A stretch of 40,156 bases of DNA from the sequence record ON528733; one strand, given 5' to 3'. The DNA is from Shigella phage ESh23. Within the stretch, counting starts at the first letter, position 1; every line of letters starts with the position of its first letter. Both the position numbers and the translations under genes were made by a program. Below, one piece after another: positions 20,205 through 30,189 of this stretch. Below the pieces are notes generated by a model. It was given only the letters and a program-made list of their open reading frames with translations, was not told the DNA's origin and did not search any database.

Positions 20205-20468
20205 ATGGGCCGACTTTATAGTGGCAACCTCAACGCTTTCAGAGCAGCGTGTAACAGGCTCTATCAGTTAGACTTCGCTGTTATATCTCAGGAGTTTCAA
20301 GACCTTGCGTCTCGCCAAGAGTGCATGAAACTCAGTGTCGAGGACCGGGCGGGTAACATATTCGCTCGTGAGTCCTTCGCACACTATGATGAAGACGTAA
20401 TGTACAACACTGCAACCGCCTTCCTTAACGGTCTCGCTGACCAACTCGACACATGGAGCAAAATATAA
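20205..20468 (+). CDS. inhibitor of host dGTPase (T7 gp1.2-like), 87 aa
   Basis: MGRLYSGNLNAFRAA...HYDEDV closely matches recalled T7 gp1.2 (MGRLYSGNLAAFKAA...). Confidence 0.85.
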   Translation: MGRLYSGNLNAFRAACNRLYQLDFAVISQEFQDLASRQECMKLSVEDRAGNIFARESFAHYDEDVMYNTATAFLNGLADQLDTWSKI

Positions 20469-21523
20469 TGACTACGACTATCAAAACTAACCCGCATCGC
20501 GCTGTAGATTACTCTGAGTCCGGCGTTAAGAAAGCACTGGAAGCTGCCGGGTCACTGGAAGCTGAAGTGAAGTATGACGGTGTGCGCCTGAACCTCCCGG
20601 TATTCCCAACTGGCGAGACCCAATGGCTGAGCCGCGAGTCTAAACCTCTTCCGGCCCTGAGCTGGATGAATACATCCGGTGAGGACATCGGGGCGACCAA
20701 GGCAAGCGACTGGCGGTGGTTCCTGAAGCAGGCTGGCTACGAAGGAACTGGCCTGATGATTGACGGCGAGGTCATGGTCAAAGGCGTGGACTTCAATACA
20801 TCTTCGGGCCTAATTCGCACGAAGAACCTCAAGCCTAACAACTATGAGTATTCGATGGACGCCCTTGAAAGCGAGTGGACCAAGGACATGAAGGGTCGCC
20901 AGTTCCGGTTAATCCCTGAGATGGTGACTGTGGTAGTTTACGGTATCATTGACATTAACGTCATCACTGACCCGAAAGCCGAAGGTCCTATCCATAGCGT
21001 CACTCGCCTGAAGGCCGAAGCTATCGTCCCTCTCCTCCAGAAATACTTCCCGGAAATCGACTGGGTTCTGTCTGAGTCACACACGGTCTATGACCTTGAG
21101 TCGCTCAACTCCCTGTACGAAGAGAAGCGTCTGGAAGGACACGAGGGTCTGGTAGTCAAGGACCCGCTGGGTAAGTACAAGCGTGGCAAGAAGTCAGGCA
21201 TGTGGAAGATGAAGCCTGAGGAGACCGTAGACGGGACCGTGTGTGGCCTCGTGTGGGGGACTCCGGGTAAGGCCAACGAAGGTAAGGTCATCGGCTTCGA
21301 GGTCCTGCTGGAGGATGGCATGGTGGTCAATGCCTGCGGTCTGACTGAAACACAGAAGGACGAGTTCACCACAGCGGTAAAAGAGTACCCAGAAGGTGAG
21401 GAGTTCTTCAACGGCTGGCAGTGTGAAGTCCTCTTCATGGAGCGGTTCCCAGATGGCTCCCTTCGTCATCCCAGCTTCAAGTGCTGGCGTGGAACTGAAG
21501 ACAATCCAACCGTTAAGAGTTAA
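20468..21523 (+). CDS. ATP-dependent DNA ligase (T7 gp1.3-like), 351 aa
   Basis: IKTNP, EVKYDGVR (adenylation lysine motif), MIDGEVMVKGVDFNTSSGLIRTK, EGHEGLVVKDP, KRGKKSGMWKMKPE, DGSLRHPSF; ATG overlaps gp1.2 stop. Confidence 0.95.
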   Translation: MTTTIKTNPHRAVDYSESGVKKALEAAGSLEAEVKYDGVRLNLPVFPTGETQWLSRESKPLPALSWMNTSGEDIGATKASDWRWFLKQAGYEGTGLMIDGEVMVKGVDFNTSSGLIRTKNLKPNNYEYSMDALESEWTKDMKGRQFRLIPEMVTVVVYGIIDINVITDPKAEGPIHSVTRLKAEAIVPLLQKYFPEIDWVLSESHTVYDLESLNSLYEEKRLEGHEGLVVKDPLGKYKRGKKSGMWKMKPEETVDGTVCGLVWGTPGKANEGKVIGFEVLLEDGMVVNACGLTETQKDEFTTAVKEYPEGEEFFNGWQCEVLFMERFPDGSLRHPSFKCWRGTEDNPTVKS

Positions 21524-21533
21524 CTAAACGTCA

Positions 21534-21565
21534 ACCCAGTGGTCTTCGTACTGCTGGGTCTTTTC
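21534..21565 (+). terminator. intrinsic terminator-like hairpin + CTTTTC (early terminator TE position, after ligase)
   Basis: 10-bp stem (ACCCAGTGGT/ACTGCTGGGT with 2 G-U pairs) followed by T-run. Confidence 0.5.
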
Positions 21566-21586
21566 GCATTCTGGAGGACCATACTC

Positions 21587-21679
21587 ATGCTTATGCTCTA
21601 TATTACATTAGTTTTCTTGTTGTCATGCCTGCTGGTCTACGGCCTTACGTGGCTGGTAGGGGAGTGCCTAGACGACTAA
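21587..21679 (+). CDS. 30-aa hydrophobic peptide (MLMLYITLVFLLSCLLVYGLTWLVGECLDD), T7 gene 1.4/1.5 position
   Basis: SD GGAGGA 8 nt upstream. Confidence 0.35.
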   Translation: MLMLYITLVFLLSCLLVYGLTWLVGECLDD

Positions 21680-21697
21680 GCTATCACTATAGGACAA
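21677..21697 (+). promoter_or_regulatory. phage RNAP promoter: TAAGCTATCACTATAGGACAA
   Basis: Conserved promoter motif (G at the position where others have A). Confidence 0.65.
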
Positions 21698-21725
21698 CAA
21701 TAACTTCGACCTAAGGAGGCCGACC

Positions 21726-21986
21726 ATGTTTAAGAACTTAATGTTCAACCGTTATTCCAATACCTTCCATCTGTCCCACAACCCGTTCGCTTGCATTAAG
21801 CGCAACGAGAAGCTGGGCTACTTCGGGAAGGCCGTTAAGCTGTCACCTACAGTCTTCGCTTTGATTACTCCGGGCAAAGCTGAAGAGGCTCGACAGAAGC
21901 GTGAGACCCACGTACCAGTGGTCTACACCAAGTGGCCTCGCGTTCGTCTGTTCGTTGAGTTTGTGAAGGAGGTGGTCAATGACTAA
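21726..21986 (+). CDS. hypothetical class II protein, 86 aa (T7 gene 1.6 position)
   Basis: SD AAGGAGG upstream; synteny. Confidence 0.6.
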   Translation: MFKNLMFNRYSNTFHLSHNPFACIKRNEKLGYFGKAVKLSPTVFALITPGKAEEARQKRETHVPVVYTKWPRVRLFVEFVKEVVND

Positions 21987-22287
21987 AAATGAACAGCCTA
22001 TCTACACGGGAGGTTCTGCTGACTACTATCAGGTCCACATAAAGAGCACCACTACCCCCGGTCGACCTGAGTACATCGCTGAGTGCAACGACATCATCGA
22101 AGCTCTGGGTATGAACTTTGCGGAAGGCAATGCGTTCAAGGCAATATGGCGTCGAGCCGCCCAGCGGACCTTGGGTCTGCGTAAAGCTGGCGCTAAAGAT
22201 GATGGTCTTTACGATGCAGAGAAAGTCGAGTTCTTCGGTGCTCGTATGGTAGCTCAGAGTAAGGCTGGTAATCATGACTCCGAGTGA
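21979..22287 (+). CDS. hypothetical protein, 102 aa; possibly related to the gp1.7 nucleotide-kinase family (GGSADYYQ motif)
   Basis: Start overlaps upstream stop; GGSxxYYQ motif recalled from DUF3310-type phage proteins; assignment uncertain. Confidence 0.55.
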   Translation: MTKNEQPIYTGGSADYYQVHIKSTTTPGRPEYIAECNDIIEALGMNFAEGNAFKAIWRRAAQRTLGLRKAGAKDDGLYDAEKVEFFGARMVAQSKAGNHDSE

Positions 22288-22369
22288 ATGGTGCGAGATG
22301 ATGTTCGAGAGGACAGGTAACACTGACTACCTCGAAATGTATAACATCTGGAAAGGGAGAGGGCTATGA
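22274..22369 (+). CDS. small ORF, 31 aa (T7 gene 1.8 position)
   Basis: Fills the gap between flanking genes; overlapping start/stop with neighbours. Confidence 0.3.
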   Translation: MTPSEWCEMMFERTGNTDYLEMYNIWKGRGL

Positions 22370-22530
22370 GTCAGGACGAGAAGAAGTACATCGTGGAGCT
22401 TGAGGGTCGCGTTCAGTCCTTTGAGGTCCCGGTATACGCCAAGTCTCTGGACGAGGCGACCCTAAAGTCTCAGGAGTACGAAGATGCTGGTTTCGTGGTA
22501 GGCCGCATCCGACCTGAGCTGCACGACTAA
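22366..22530 (+). CDS. inhibitor of host RNA polymerase (T7 gp2-like), 54 aa
   Basis: [14 protein letters not shown] matches recalled T7 gp2 (SFEVPIYAETLDEA). Confidence 0.75.
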   Translation: MSQDEKKYIVELEGRVQSFEVPVYAKSLDEATLKSQEYEDAGFVVGRIRPELHD

Positions 22531-22547
22531 ACTATCACTTTAGGAAC
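22528..22547 (+). promoter_or_regulatory. variant phage promoter (phi2.5 position): TAAACTATCACTTTAGGAAC
   Basis: Consensus with T at -2. Confidence 0.55.
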
Positions 22548-22577
22548 ACCTTAACTTTAACTAGGAGATTTACACCG

Positions 22578-23276
22578 ATGGCTAAAGAGCAACTGAAGAC
22601 TTTCACCACTCCGGTAGCTGGTATCGTTGAGCCTTACGCATGGCTTAACAAAGCAGACACCAAGTACAACGAGCGCGGTGAACATAAAGTCAACCTGACA
22701 TTCGACCTGAGCGACCAGAAGGTCCGCAAGATGATTGATGTCTTGCAGAAGATTCACGACGATGCGTATGCGAAAGCACTCGCAGACCACGAGAAGAACC
22801 CACCTCAGGTTCAGCGTGGCAAGAAGCCTATCGAACCACGTGAAGGCGACATGCCGTGGATTGAGAACGGTGACGGCACTGTTACCCTGAAGTTCAAATG
22901 CTTTGCGTCTTACTTGAAAGACGGCAAGTCCGAGCCTATCGTATTACGGTTCTACGACACCGATGCTAAACTCATCCGTGACGTCCCGAATATTGGCTCA
23001 GGGTCTAAGCTGAAGGTCAAGTTCAAAGTCCTGCCGTTCAAATGGAACGCTGCGACTGGTGCTGGCGTGAAGCTGCAACTGGAGTCCTGCCTGCTGGTAG
23101 AACTGAAAGAGTGGTCCGGCGATGGCACTGGTGGCGATGGTGGCTGGGGTGACGATGAAGACATCGGCTCCGGTGGCTACAAAGCGTCTACTGACGGTGA
23201 CTTCGGGTCTGACGACTTCGGTGAAGATGCCGAGGGTGGTGATGACTCTGAGTCCGGTGGCGATTACGACTTCTAA
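22578..23276 (+). CDS. single-stranded DNA-binding protein (T7 gp2.5-like), 232 aa
   Basis: RGKKP, EGDMPW, NGDGT, KFKC, GSKLKVK, VKLQLES; acidic C-terminal tail ending DF as in T7 gp2.5. Confidence 0.95.
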   Translation: MAKEQLKTFTTPVAGIVEPYAWLNKADTKYNERGEHKVNLTFDLSDQKVRKMIDVLQKIHDDAYAKALADHEKNPPQVQRGKKPIEPREGDMPWIENGDGTVTLKFKCFASYLKDGKSEPIVLRFYDTDAKLIRDVPNIGSGSKLKVKFKVLPFKWNAATGAGVKLQLESCLLVELKEWSGDGTGGDGGWGDDEDIGSGGYKASTDGDFGSDDFGEDAEGGDDSESGGDYDF

Positions 23277-23278
23277 TC

Positions 23279-23731
23279 GTGGCTGCATGGACACCAAAAC
23301 GGGGGCACTCTGTGGGTGCCTACCGCTCTGGACTTGAGGCCAAGAACCAGCAGTGGCTGGAGCAGAATGGCGTCAAAGCGGAGTACGAAAGCCATTATAT
23401 CAACTATGTGATTCCGGCTTCCGACCACAAGTACACACCAGACTTCATACTTCCGAACGGAATCATCGTCGAGACAAAAGGTATCTTCGACAGTGAGGAC
23501 CGTAAGAAGCATATGCTGGTGCGCGAGCAACACCCTGAGCTGGACATCCGGTTCGTGTTCTCGTCCTCCCGCTCCAAGCTGTACAAAGGGTCCCCGACCA
23601 CGTATGGCGCATGGTGCGAAAAGAACGGCTTTAAGTTTGCCGACAAGTTTATCCCGGTTGAGTGGCTGAAAGAGGCGACTGTACGTCTGCCCTCAGGTAT
23701 ACTCATCCCGAAGAAAGGAGCTAAGAAATGA
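23279..23731 (+). CDS. endonuclease I, Holliday junction resolvase (T7 gp3-like), 150 aa, GTG start
   Basis: GAYRSGLE, YVIPAS, YTPDFxLPNGIxVETKG, DRKKHxLxREQHPELDIRxVFSSSRxKLYKGSPT. Confidence 0.95.
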   Translation: MAAWTPKRGHSVGAYRSGLEAKNQQWLEQNGVKAEYESHYINYVIPASDHKYTPDFILPNGIIVETKGIFDSEDRKKHMLVREQHPELDIRFVFSSSRSKLYKGSPTTYGAWCEKNGFKFADKFIPVEWLKEATVRLPSGILIPKKGAKK

Positions 23732-23952
23732 CTAAAGAAGTGCAGGTAGTCCGCGAGCGACTGACCATTGATAAAATCCCGGTGGGCTACGCGTTCATCG
23801 TTCATGGTCGACCGGACGAAGTGTACGTGAAGATTAGCAACTCGCATGTCTTCAACCATAAGCGCCTCCAGATGCACACGACTGTTAGCGAGCGCTTCAA
23901 GTCTCACCTGAATCTCGTAATCGTCGAGCTGGTGGTGTACAATGGTAAGTAA
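23728..23952 (+). CDS. hypothetical protein, 74 aa, inserted between endonuclease I and lysozyme genes
   Basis: Strong SD AAAGGAG; overlapping start and stop with neighbours. Confidence 0.6.
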   Translation: MTKEVQVVRERLTIDKIPVGYAFIVHGRPDEVYVKISNSHVFNHKRLQMHTTVSERFKSHLNLVIVELVVYNGK

Positions 23953-24400
23953 GGTTCAGTTCAAACCGCGTACAGTAACTGACGCAATCTTCGTCCACTG
24001 TAGTGCGACCCAACCGTCTCAGGACATCGGGGTAGACACCATCCGAATGTGGCACAAGCAGCAGGGCTGGCTGGACGTAGGCTATCACTTCGTCATCAAG
24101 CGTGATGGCACTGTGGAGTCTGGACGTCCGGTCGATGTAGTAGGGTCACACGTTAAGGACTGGAACTCCCGGTCCGTAGGCGTCTGCCTTGTAGGTGGAA
24201 TTGACGCCAAGGGTAAGTTTGAAGCTAACTTCACACCTGCCCAGATGAGCGCTCTACGAAACAAGCTGGCCGAACTGAAGGCATTGTACCCTCAGGCAGA
24301 CATCAAGGCTCACCACGATGTAGCACCAAAGGCTTGCCCAAGTTTTGACTTGCAGCGCTGGCTTAATACTAACGAACTGGTCACTTCCGACCGAGGCTAA
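23942..24400 (+). CDS. lysozyme / N-acetylmuramoyl-L-alanine amidase (T7 gp3.5-like), 152 aa
   Basis: DAIFVHCSAT, WLDVGYHF, KRDGTVE, GVCLVGGID, KACPSFDL, NELVTSDRG match recalled T7 gp3.5. Confidence 0.95.
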   Translation: MVSKVQFKPRTVTDAIFVHCSATQPSQDIGVDTIRMWHKQQGWLDVGYHFVIKRDGTVESGRPVDVVGSHVKDWNSRSVGVCLVGGIDAKGKFEANFTPAQMSALRNKLAELKALYPQADIKAHHDVAPKACPSFDLQRWLNTNELVTSDRG

Positions 24401-24414
24401 CAAGGAGCATTAAC

Positions 24415-24627
24415 ATGATTAAGTTTATTGAATTTCTGGGTCGTCTGGTTGTGCGTGGCTATGCTCGTGCTGCGAGTGTGGAACGAAAAGTCGCATCTGC
24501 TGCGGCTAAAGGTGCGGAAGCGGCTGCTGCGGAAGCGGATAGCCTGCGCATCAAGTCTCTGGACGCTGGCCTACGTGCCAAAGGTCTTGACAAGAAAGCC
24601 GAGCAACTGAAAGGCTTCTTCAGCTAA
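24415..24627 (+). CDS. hypothetical protein, 70 aa, Ala/Lys-rich helical
   Basis: SD AAGGAG 8 nt upstream. Confidence 0.55.
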   Translation: MIKFIEFLGRLVVRGYARAASVERKVASAAAKGAEAAAAEADSLRIKSLDAGLRAKGLDKKAEQLKGFFS

Positions 24628-24643
24628 ACTATCACCTTAGGGA
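24625..24643 (+). promoter_or_regulatory. variant phage promoter (phi4 position): TAAACTATCACCTTAGGGA
   Basis: Consensus with CT at -3/-2. Confidence 0.5.
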
Positions 24644-24692
24644 TGAGACCATGAGTCTTGTCCCTTTGTTCGCATTATTGACTAAGGAGTGA

Positions 24693-26477
<1,785 letters not shown>

Positions 26478-26478
<1 letters not shown>

Positions 26479-27011
26479 TGAGAAACTTAATCAACGGTAA
26501 GACCCTGACCGAGGTGCAGCTTGAACTTGGCCCGAAGGAGGGACTTGAGGTCTTCACCTCCCGCTGCACTGGTCGGACTTTGGGTCGGGCACTACTGTTC
26601 ATATCTACAGCTATGGCCCAAGGGTCCATCGACATCGGGCCGCTACGCTCTAACTTGGGAGACCAAGAGATTGATAGCGTGAAGTATCAAATCACACAGC
26701 GTCTAGACCAGATGGGCCTCGTTGGGTTCAAGCTGGAAGGAGACGTTCTGTCCTATTATCCATTTGAGGAGTACCAAGATGTTAAAGAGGTTGTGCGAGA
26801 AGTTACAGTCCAAGTATCACCTTTCGCTGGCGAAGTGGTATCACCACGAAGCTACAGTGTTGAGCAACATCCTGAAGGACCAGCGGTTCCAGTCGGTAGC
26901 ATGGAACAAAGCTACCCAGAAGTGCGCGTATCATCTGGCGAGAGTCCTTTAGTAGAACCGATGGAGGTCATAGAGCCGTTGGTCCCAGACATGACTCCGC
27001 CTAAGGCTTAA
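26478..27011 (+). CDS. hypothetical protein, 177 aa (T7 gene 4.3-4.7 position), GTG start
   Basis: GGAGGA SD 7 nt upstream of GTG; ends at the promoter before the DNA polymerase gene. Confidence 0.6.
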
Positions 27012-27027
27012 CTATCACTGTAGGATA
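27008..27027 (+). promoter_or_regulatory. phage RNAP promoter (phi4.7 position): TTAACTATCACTGTAGGATA
   Basis: Consensus with G at -2. Confidence 0.6.
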
Positions 27028-27067
27028 GACTCAAGGCCATTCACTTCGAGTGGTCTTTATGATTAGA
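27027..27067 (+). promoter_or_regulatory. conserved hairpin element (RNase III site, R4.7 position)
   Basis: AGACTCAAGGCCATTCACTTCGAGTGGTCTTTATGATTAGAC; third copy of the family. Confidence 0.4.
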
Positions 27068-27081
27068 CTATAGGAGACATT

Positions 27082-29253
27082 ATGATTGACTTACAGAATA
27101 TCTGGGGTTCGGACATAGAGACCAACGGTCTTCTTGATACCGTCTCTCAGTTCCACTGTGGGGTCCTGATTAACGCCGAGTCGAATGAGACCCTGAAGTA
27201 CGGGGTAGCTCCGATGGTAGGTATCGTCGGTGGCTTCAAAGAGTATGTGCAGAAGGTCGAAGAGATTGCAGCCACACCGCATGGACTTCTGGTCTTCCAC
27301 AACGGGATTAACTATGACGTCCCGGCTATTGACATTCTGAAGCGTAAGTATTTTGGTAAACGTTTCAACTTCCCTAAACACAAGATGATTGACACGCTGG
27401 TCATGGGCCGCCTGATGTACCCGAACATTAAGTTCTCGGACATGGGCGCTGTGAAAGCTGGTCGTCTTCCGCCTAAGATGATGGGACGACAGTCTCTTGA
27501 AGCATGGGGCTACCGTCTCGGTGAGATGAAGGGTGAGTACAAGACCGATTACATTGCCAAGTGCAAGGCAGAAGGTATCGAATATAAGGCTGGTGACGAG
27601 TGGTTATTCCCAAGCCAAGAGATGCTGGACTATAACGTCCAAGACGTTGTGGTCACTCTGGCCCTGTTCAAGAAGTTCCTTACCGACAAGTACTACTTCG
27701 GGTCTCCTGAGGCCGGACTTGAGGCTGTGTACGCACTGCGTCTCGAACATGATGCTGCGTGGACATGCGCTAAGATGGAACGTAACGGCTACCCGATGAA
27801 CTCGGAGATAGTCGAGGGCTTGTATCGCGAGCTATCAGTCAAACGTGCGGAGCTTTTGGATAAGCTGCGGTCGACGTTCGGTAGTTGGTATTCACCTAAG
27901 GGTGGCAAAGAGTTCTTCAAGCACCCACGAACCGGGGCAGACATGCCGAAATACCCGCGAGTCATCTATCCGAAGGTGGGGGCAATCTTCAAGAAGCCGA
28001 AGAACAAAGCTCAGCGCTTAGGTCTGGAGCCTTGCGAACGAGACTCACGAGATACGATGGAAGGCGCACCGTTCACACCAATTACCTTCGTTGAGTTCAA
28101 TCCGGGCAGTGGCGACCACTTAGCTAAGGTTCTGATGGACCGGGGCTGGGAGCCTACTGAGTTCACGGATACAGGGAAGCCTAAGTGTGATGATGAAACT
28201 CTGGAGCACGTTAAGCTGGCAGACCCAGAAGCTCAGGCCTGCGTAGAGCTGGTCCGTGAGTATCTGGTGGTCCAGAAGCGCATTGGTCAGGCGGCTGAAG
28301 GTAAGAACGCATGGCTTCGACTTGTAGGTCCTGACGGAAGGATGCACGGGTCGATTAACCCCTGTGGTGCTGTAACCGGACGTGCGACTCACAGTTCACC
28401 GAACATGGCTCAGGTCCCGGCTAACGGTGCTCCTTGGGGTGAAATCTGCCGAAGTGCTTTCGGTGCTCAGTGGAACAAGAACAATGGCAAGGACGAACCG
28501 TGGATTCAGGTTGGCGTTGATGCCTCAGGCCTTGAACTCCGCTGTCTGGGGAACCGTGCGTCCCCGTTCGATGGTGGAGAATATGCGAAGACTGTGGTAG
28601 AGGGTGACATCCACTGGGCTAATGCGGTCAACGCCGGGTTAGCGCCTAACGTCCAACGCGACAAGTCTAACCACGACCACGATGCTTTCCGTAACAACGC
28701 CAAGACGTTCATCTATGCGTTCCTGTATGGTGCAGGGGCCGCGAAGATTGGACTGATAGTAGGAGGCGGCAAGAAGGAAGGCTCAGCCCTGATGAAGAAA
28801 TTCATTGAGGGTACACCAGCTATCAAGGACCTGCGAGAGGCTGTTCAGAACACGCTCATCTCTGAGTCCAAGTGGGTAGACGGTGAGAACATCGTGAAGT
28901 GGAAACGCCGCTGGCTTAAAGGTCTGGACGGTAGACGTATCCACATCCGGTCTCCACACTCAGCACTTAACGCCTTACTTCAGGGCGATGGTGCGGTAGT
29001 ATGTAAGCACTGGATTGTCGAGACTGAACGTATGCTAGAAGAGGCCGGGTATGTCCACGGCTGGGAGGGAGACTTTGCGTACATGGCTTGGGTCCACGAC
29101 GAATTGCAGATTGCGTGTCGTACTCAGGAGATTGCCGAAGAAGTCGTCAAGATTGCTCAACTTGCTATGCGTAAGGTGGGTGAGTTCTATAACTTTAAAT
29201 GTGTCCTTGATACCGAAGGTAAGATTGGACCAACGTGGAAGGAGTGTCACTAA
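27082..29253 (+). CDS. DNA polymerase (T7 gp5-like, family A) with 3'-5' exonuclease and thioredoxin-binding region, 723 aa
   Basis: DIETNGLL, FHNGxNYDVPA (exo motifs); TFGSWYSPKGG...KYPRV (TBD region); RDNAKTFIYAFLYGAG (motif B), YMAWVHDELQ (motif C). Confidence 0.97.
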   Translation: MIDLQNIWGSDIETNGLLDTVSQFHCGVLINAESNETLKYGVAPMVGIVGGFKEYVQKVEEIAATPHGLLVFHNGINYDVPAIDILKRKYFGKRFNFPKHKMIDTLVMGRLMYPNIKFSDMGAVKAGRLPPKMMGRQSLEAWGYRLGEMKGEYKTDYIAKCKAEGIEYKAGDEWLFPSQEMLDYNVQDVVVTLALFKKFLTDKYYFGSPEAGLEAVYALRLEHDAAWTCAKMERNGYPMNSEIVEGLYRELSVKRAELLDKLRSTFGSWYSPKGGKEFFKHPRTGADMPKYPRVIYPKVGAIFKKPKNKAQRLGLEPCERDSRDTMEGAPFTPITFVEFNPGSGDHLAKVLMDRGWEPTEFTDTGKPKCDDETLEHVKLADPEAQACVELVREYLVVQKRIGQAAEGKNAWLRLVGPDGRMHGSINPCGAVTGRATHSSPNMAQVPANGAPWGEICRSAFGAQWNKNNGKDEPWIQVGVDASGLELRCLGNRASPFDGGEYAKTVVEGDIHWANAVNAGLAPNVQRDKSNHDHDAFRNNAKTFIYAFLYGAGAAKIGLIVGGGKKEGSALMKKFIEGTPAIKDLREAVQNTLISESKWVDGENIVKWKRRWLKGLDGRRIHIRSPHSALNALLQGDGAVVCKHWIVETERMLEEAGYVHGWEGDFAYMAWVHDELQIACRTQEIAEEVVKIAQLAMRKVGEFYNFKCVLDTEGKIGPTWKECH

Positions 29254-29537
29254 TGGCTATTACTAAACGTATTCGTGTGAGTTTTGACCTGAGGATGGTT
29301 GTTAGCTCAAAGGAAGAAGAGACCATGTGTTGTCAGCTCGCTGAGATGACTAAAGCCTACGCCGAGGGTGAGAAGCTGGATGGACTTCAGTTGGCTCTGG
29401 TCAAAACAGCAATCGAGTCAGGTCCTGAGTCTGCCCTTGAAATTGCCATCAAGAAGACCATCAAGGAGGAGCTGGTAGACGCCTTTGGTGATGACCAGTT
29501 CGGAGTATCCAACCTGCGATTCGAGGTCAAGCAATGA
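29253..29537 (+). CDS. hypothetical protein, 94 aa, possibly T7 gp5.5-like
   Basis: ATG overlaps gp5 stop; AAGGAG SD; N-terminus MAITKRIRVSFD resembles my recollection of gp5.5; uncertain. Confidence 0.55.
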   Translation: MAITKRIRVSFDLRMVVSSKEEETMCCQLAEMTKAYAEGEKLDGLQLALVKTAIESGPESALEIAIKKTIKEELVDAFGDDQFGVSNLRFEVKQ

Positions 29538-29743
29538 GTGAATACTTACGGGTCCTAGCGGCCCTTAAGTCCTGCCCGAAGACCTTCCAGTCAAACTACG
29601 TGCGCAACAATGCGGCACTGGTGGCTGAGGCTGCGAGTCGTGGACATCTAAGCTGCCTGTCTATGGACGGGCGTAACAACGGTGCGTGGGAGATTACCGC
29701 TGCTGGCACCAAGTTCCTGAACCAACACGGAGGCTGTCTATGA
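29534..29743 (+). CDS. T7 gp5.7-like protein (inhibitor of sigma-S RNAP in T7), 69 aa
   Basis: MSEYLRVLAALKSCPKTFQSNYVRNNAALVAEAASRGHLSCL...GAWEITAAGTKFL nearly collinear with recalled T7 gp5.7. Confidence 0.85.
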   Translation: MSEYLRVLAALKSCPKTFQSNYVRNNAALVAEAASRGHLSCLSMDGRNNGAWEITAAGTKFLNQHGGCL

Positions 29744-30189
29744 AGATACCTGAAAGTCTGAAAGAGCTGGTCCTTGAAATGGGTGAGTGCGAGAAGGAGC
29801 ACCGCAAGTACGCGGAGTTCTACGCATCTTGGTCGTACACCCTGTCAGAGAAGGACGTTGAGAACTACGCCGAGTCTCCTTCTGAGGCTTATGAATGGCG
29901 TCCGTTCATCGGCCTGACCATCGTAGCCAGCGGTATGTGGAATGACAGCTATGGCTCAGAGGTAAATGATTGGGGAGTGTATCGCCCGGTTGAGAAGGAG
30001 ACCGAAATTTCTTCAAGCTTCTGGAGCCTAATGTCCCACCTCAACTCAGAGGACAACGACATGGCCCATGAGTTCGCCCACAAATGGCTGAAGCCTGAGG
30101 TGACTCTAGAGCGTATTGAGGAGCCGAAAGTTTCCTTGATGCCAGCTACAGTTGCTATGGCTACAGGAGGTCTGGACGATGGGTTCTGA
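29740..30189 (+). CDS. acidic hypothetical protein, 149 aa, at the position of T7 gene 5.9
   Basis: ATG overlaps gp5.7 stop; Glu/Asp-rich; not similar to recalled gp5.9. Confidence 0.6.
   Translation: MKIPESLKELVLEMGECEKEHRKYAEFYASWSYTLSEKDVENYAESPSEAYEWRPFIGLTIVASGMWNDSYGSEVNDWGVYRPVEKETEISSSFWSLMSHLNSEDNDMAHEFAHKWLKPEVTLERIEEPKVSLMPATVAMATGGLDDGF

Noticed and set aside
24428-24610. 60-aa alternative-frame ORF overlapping the 70-aa gene at 24415..24627
   Set aside because: Overlaps entirely, is shorter, and lacks the RBS that the 24415 frame has.
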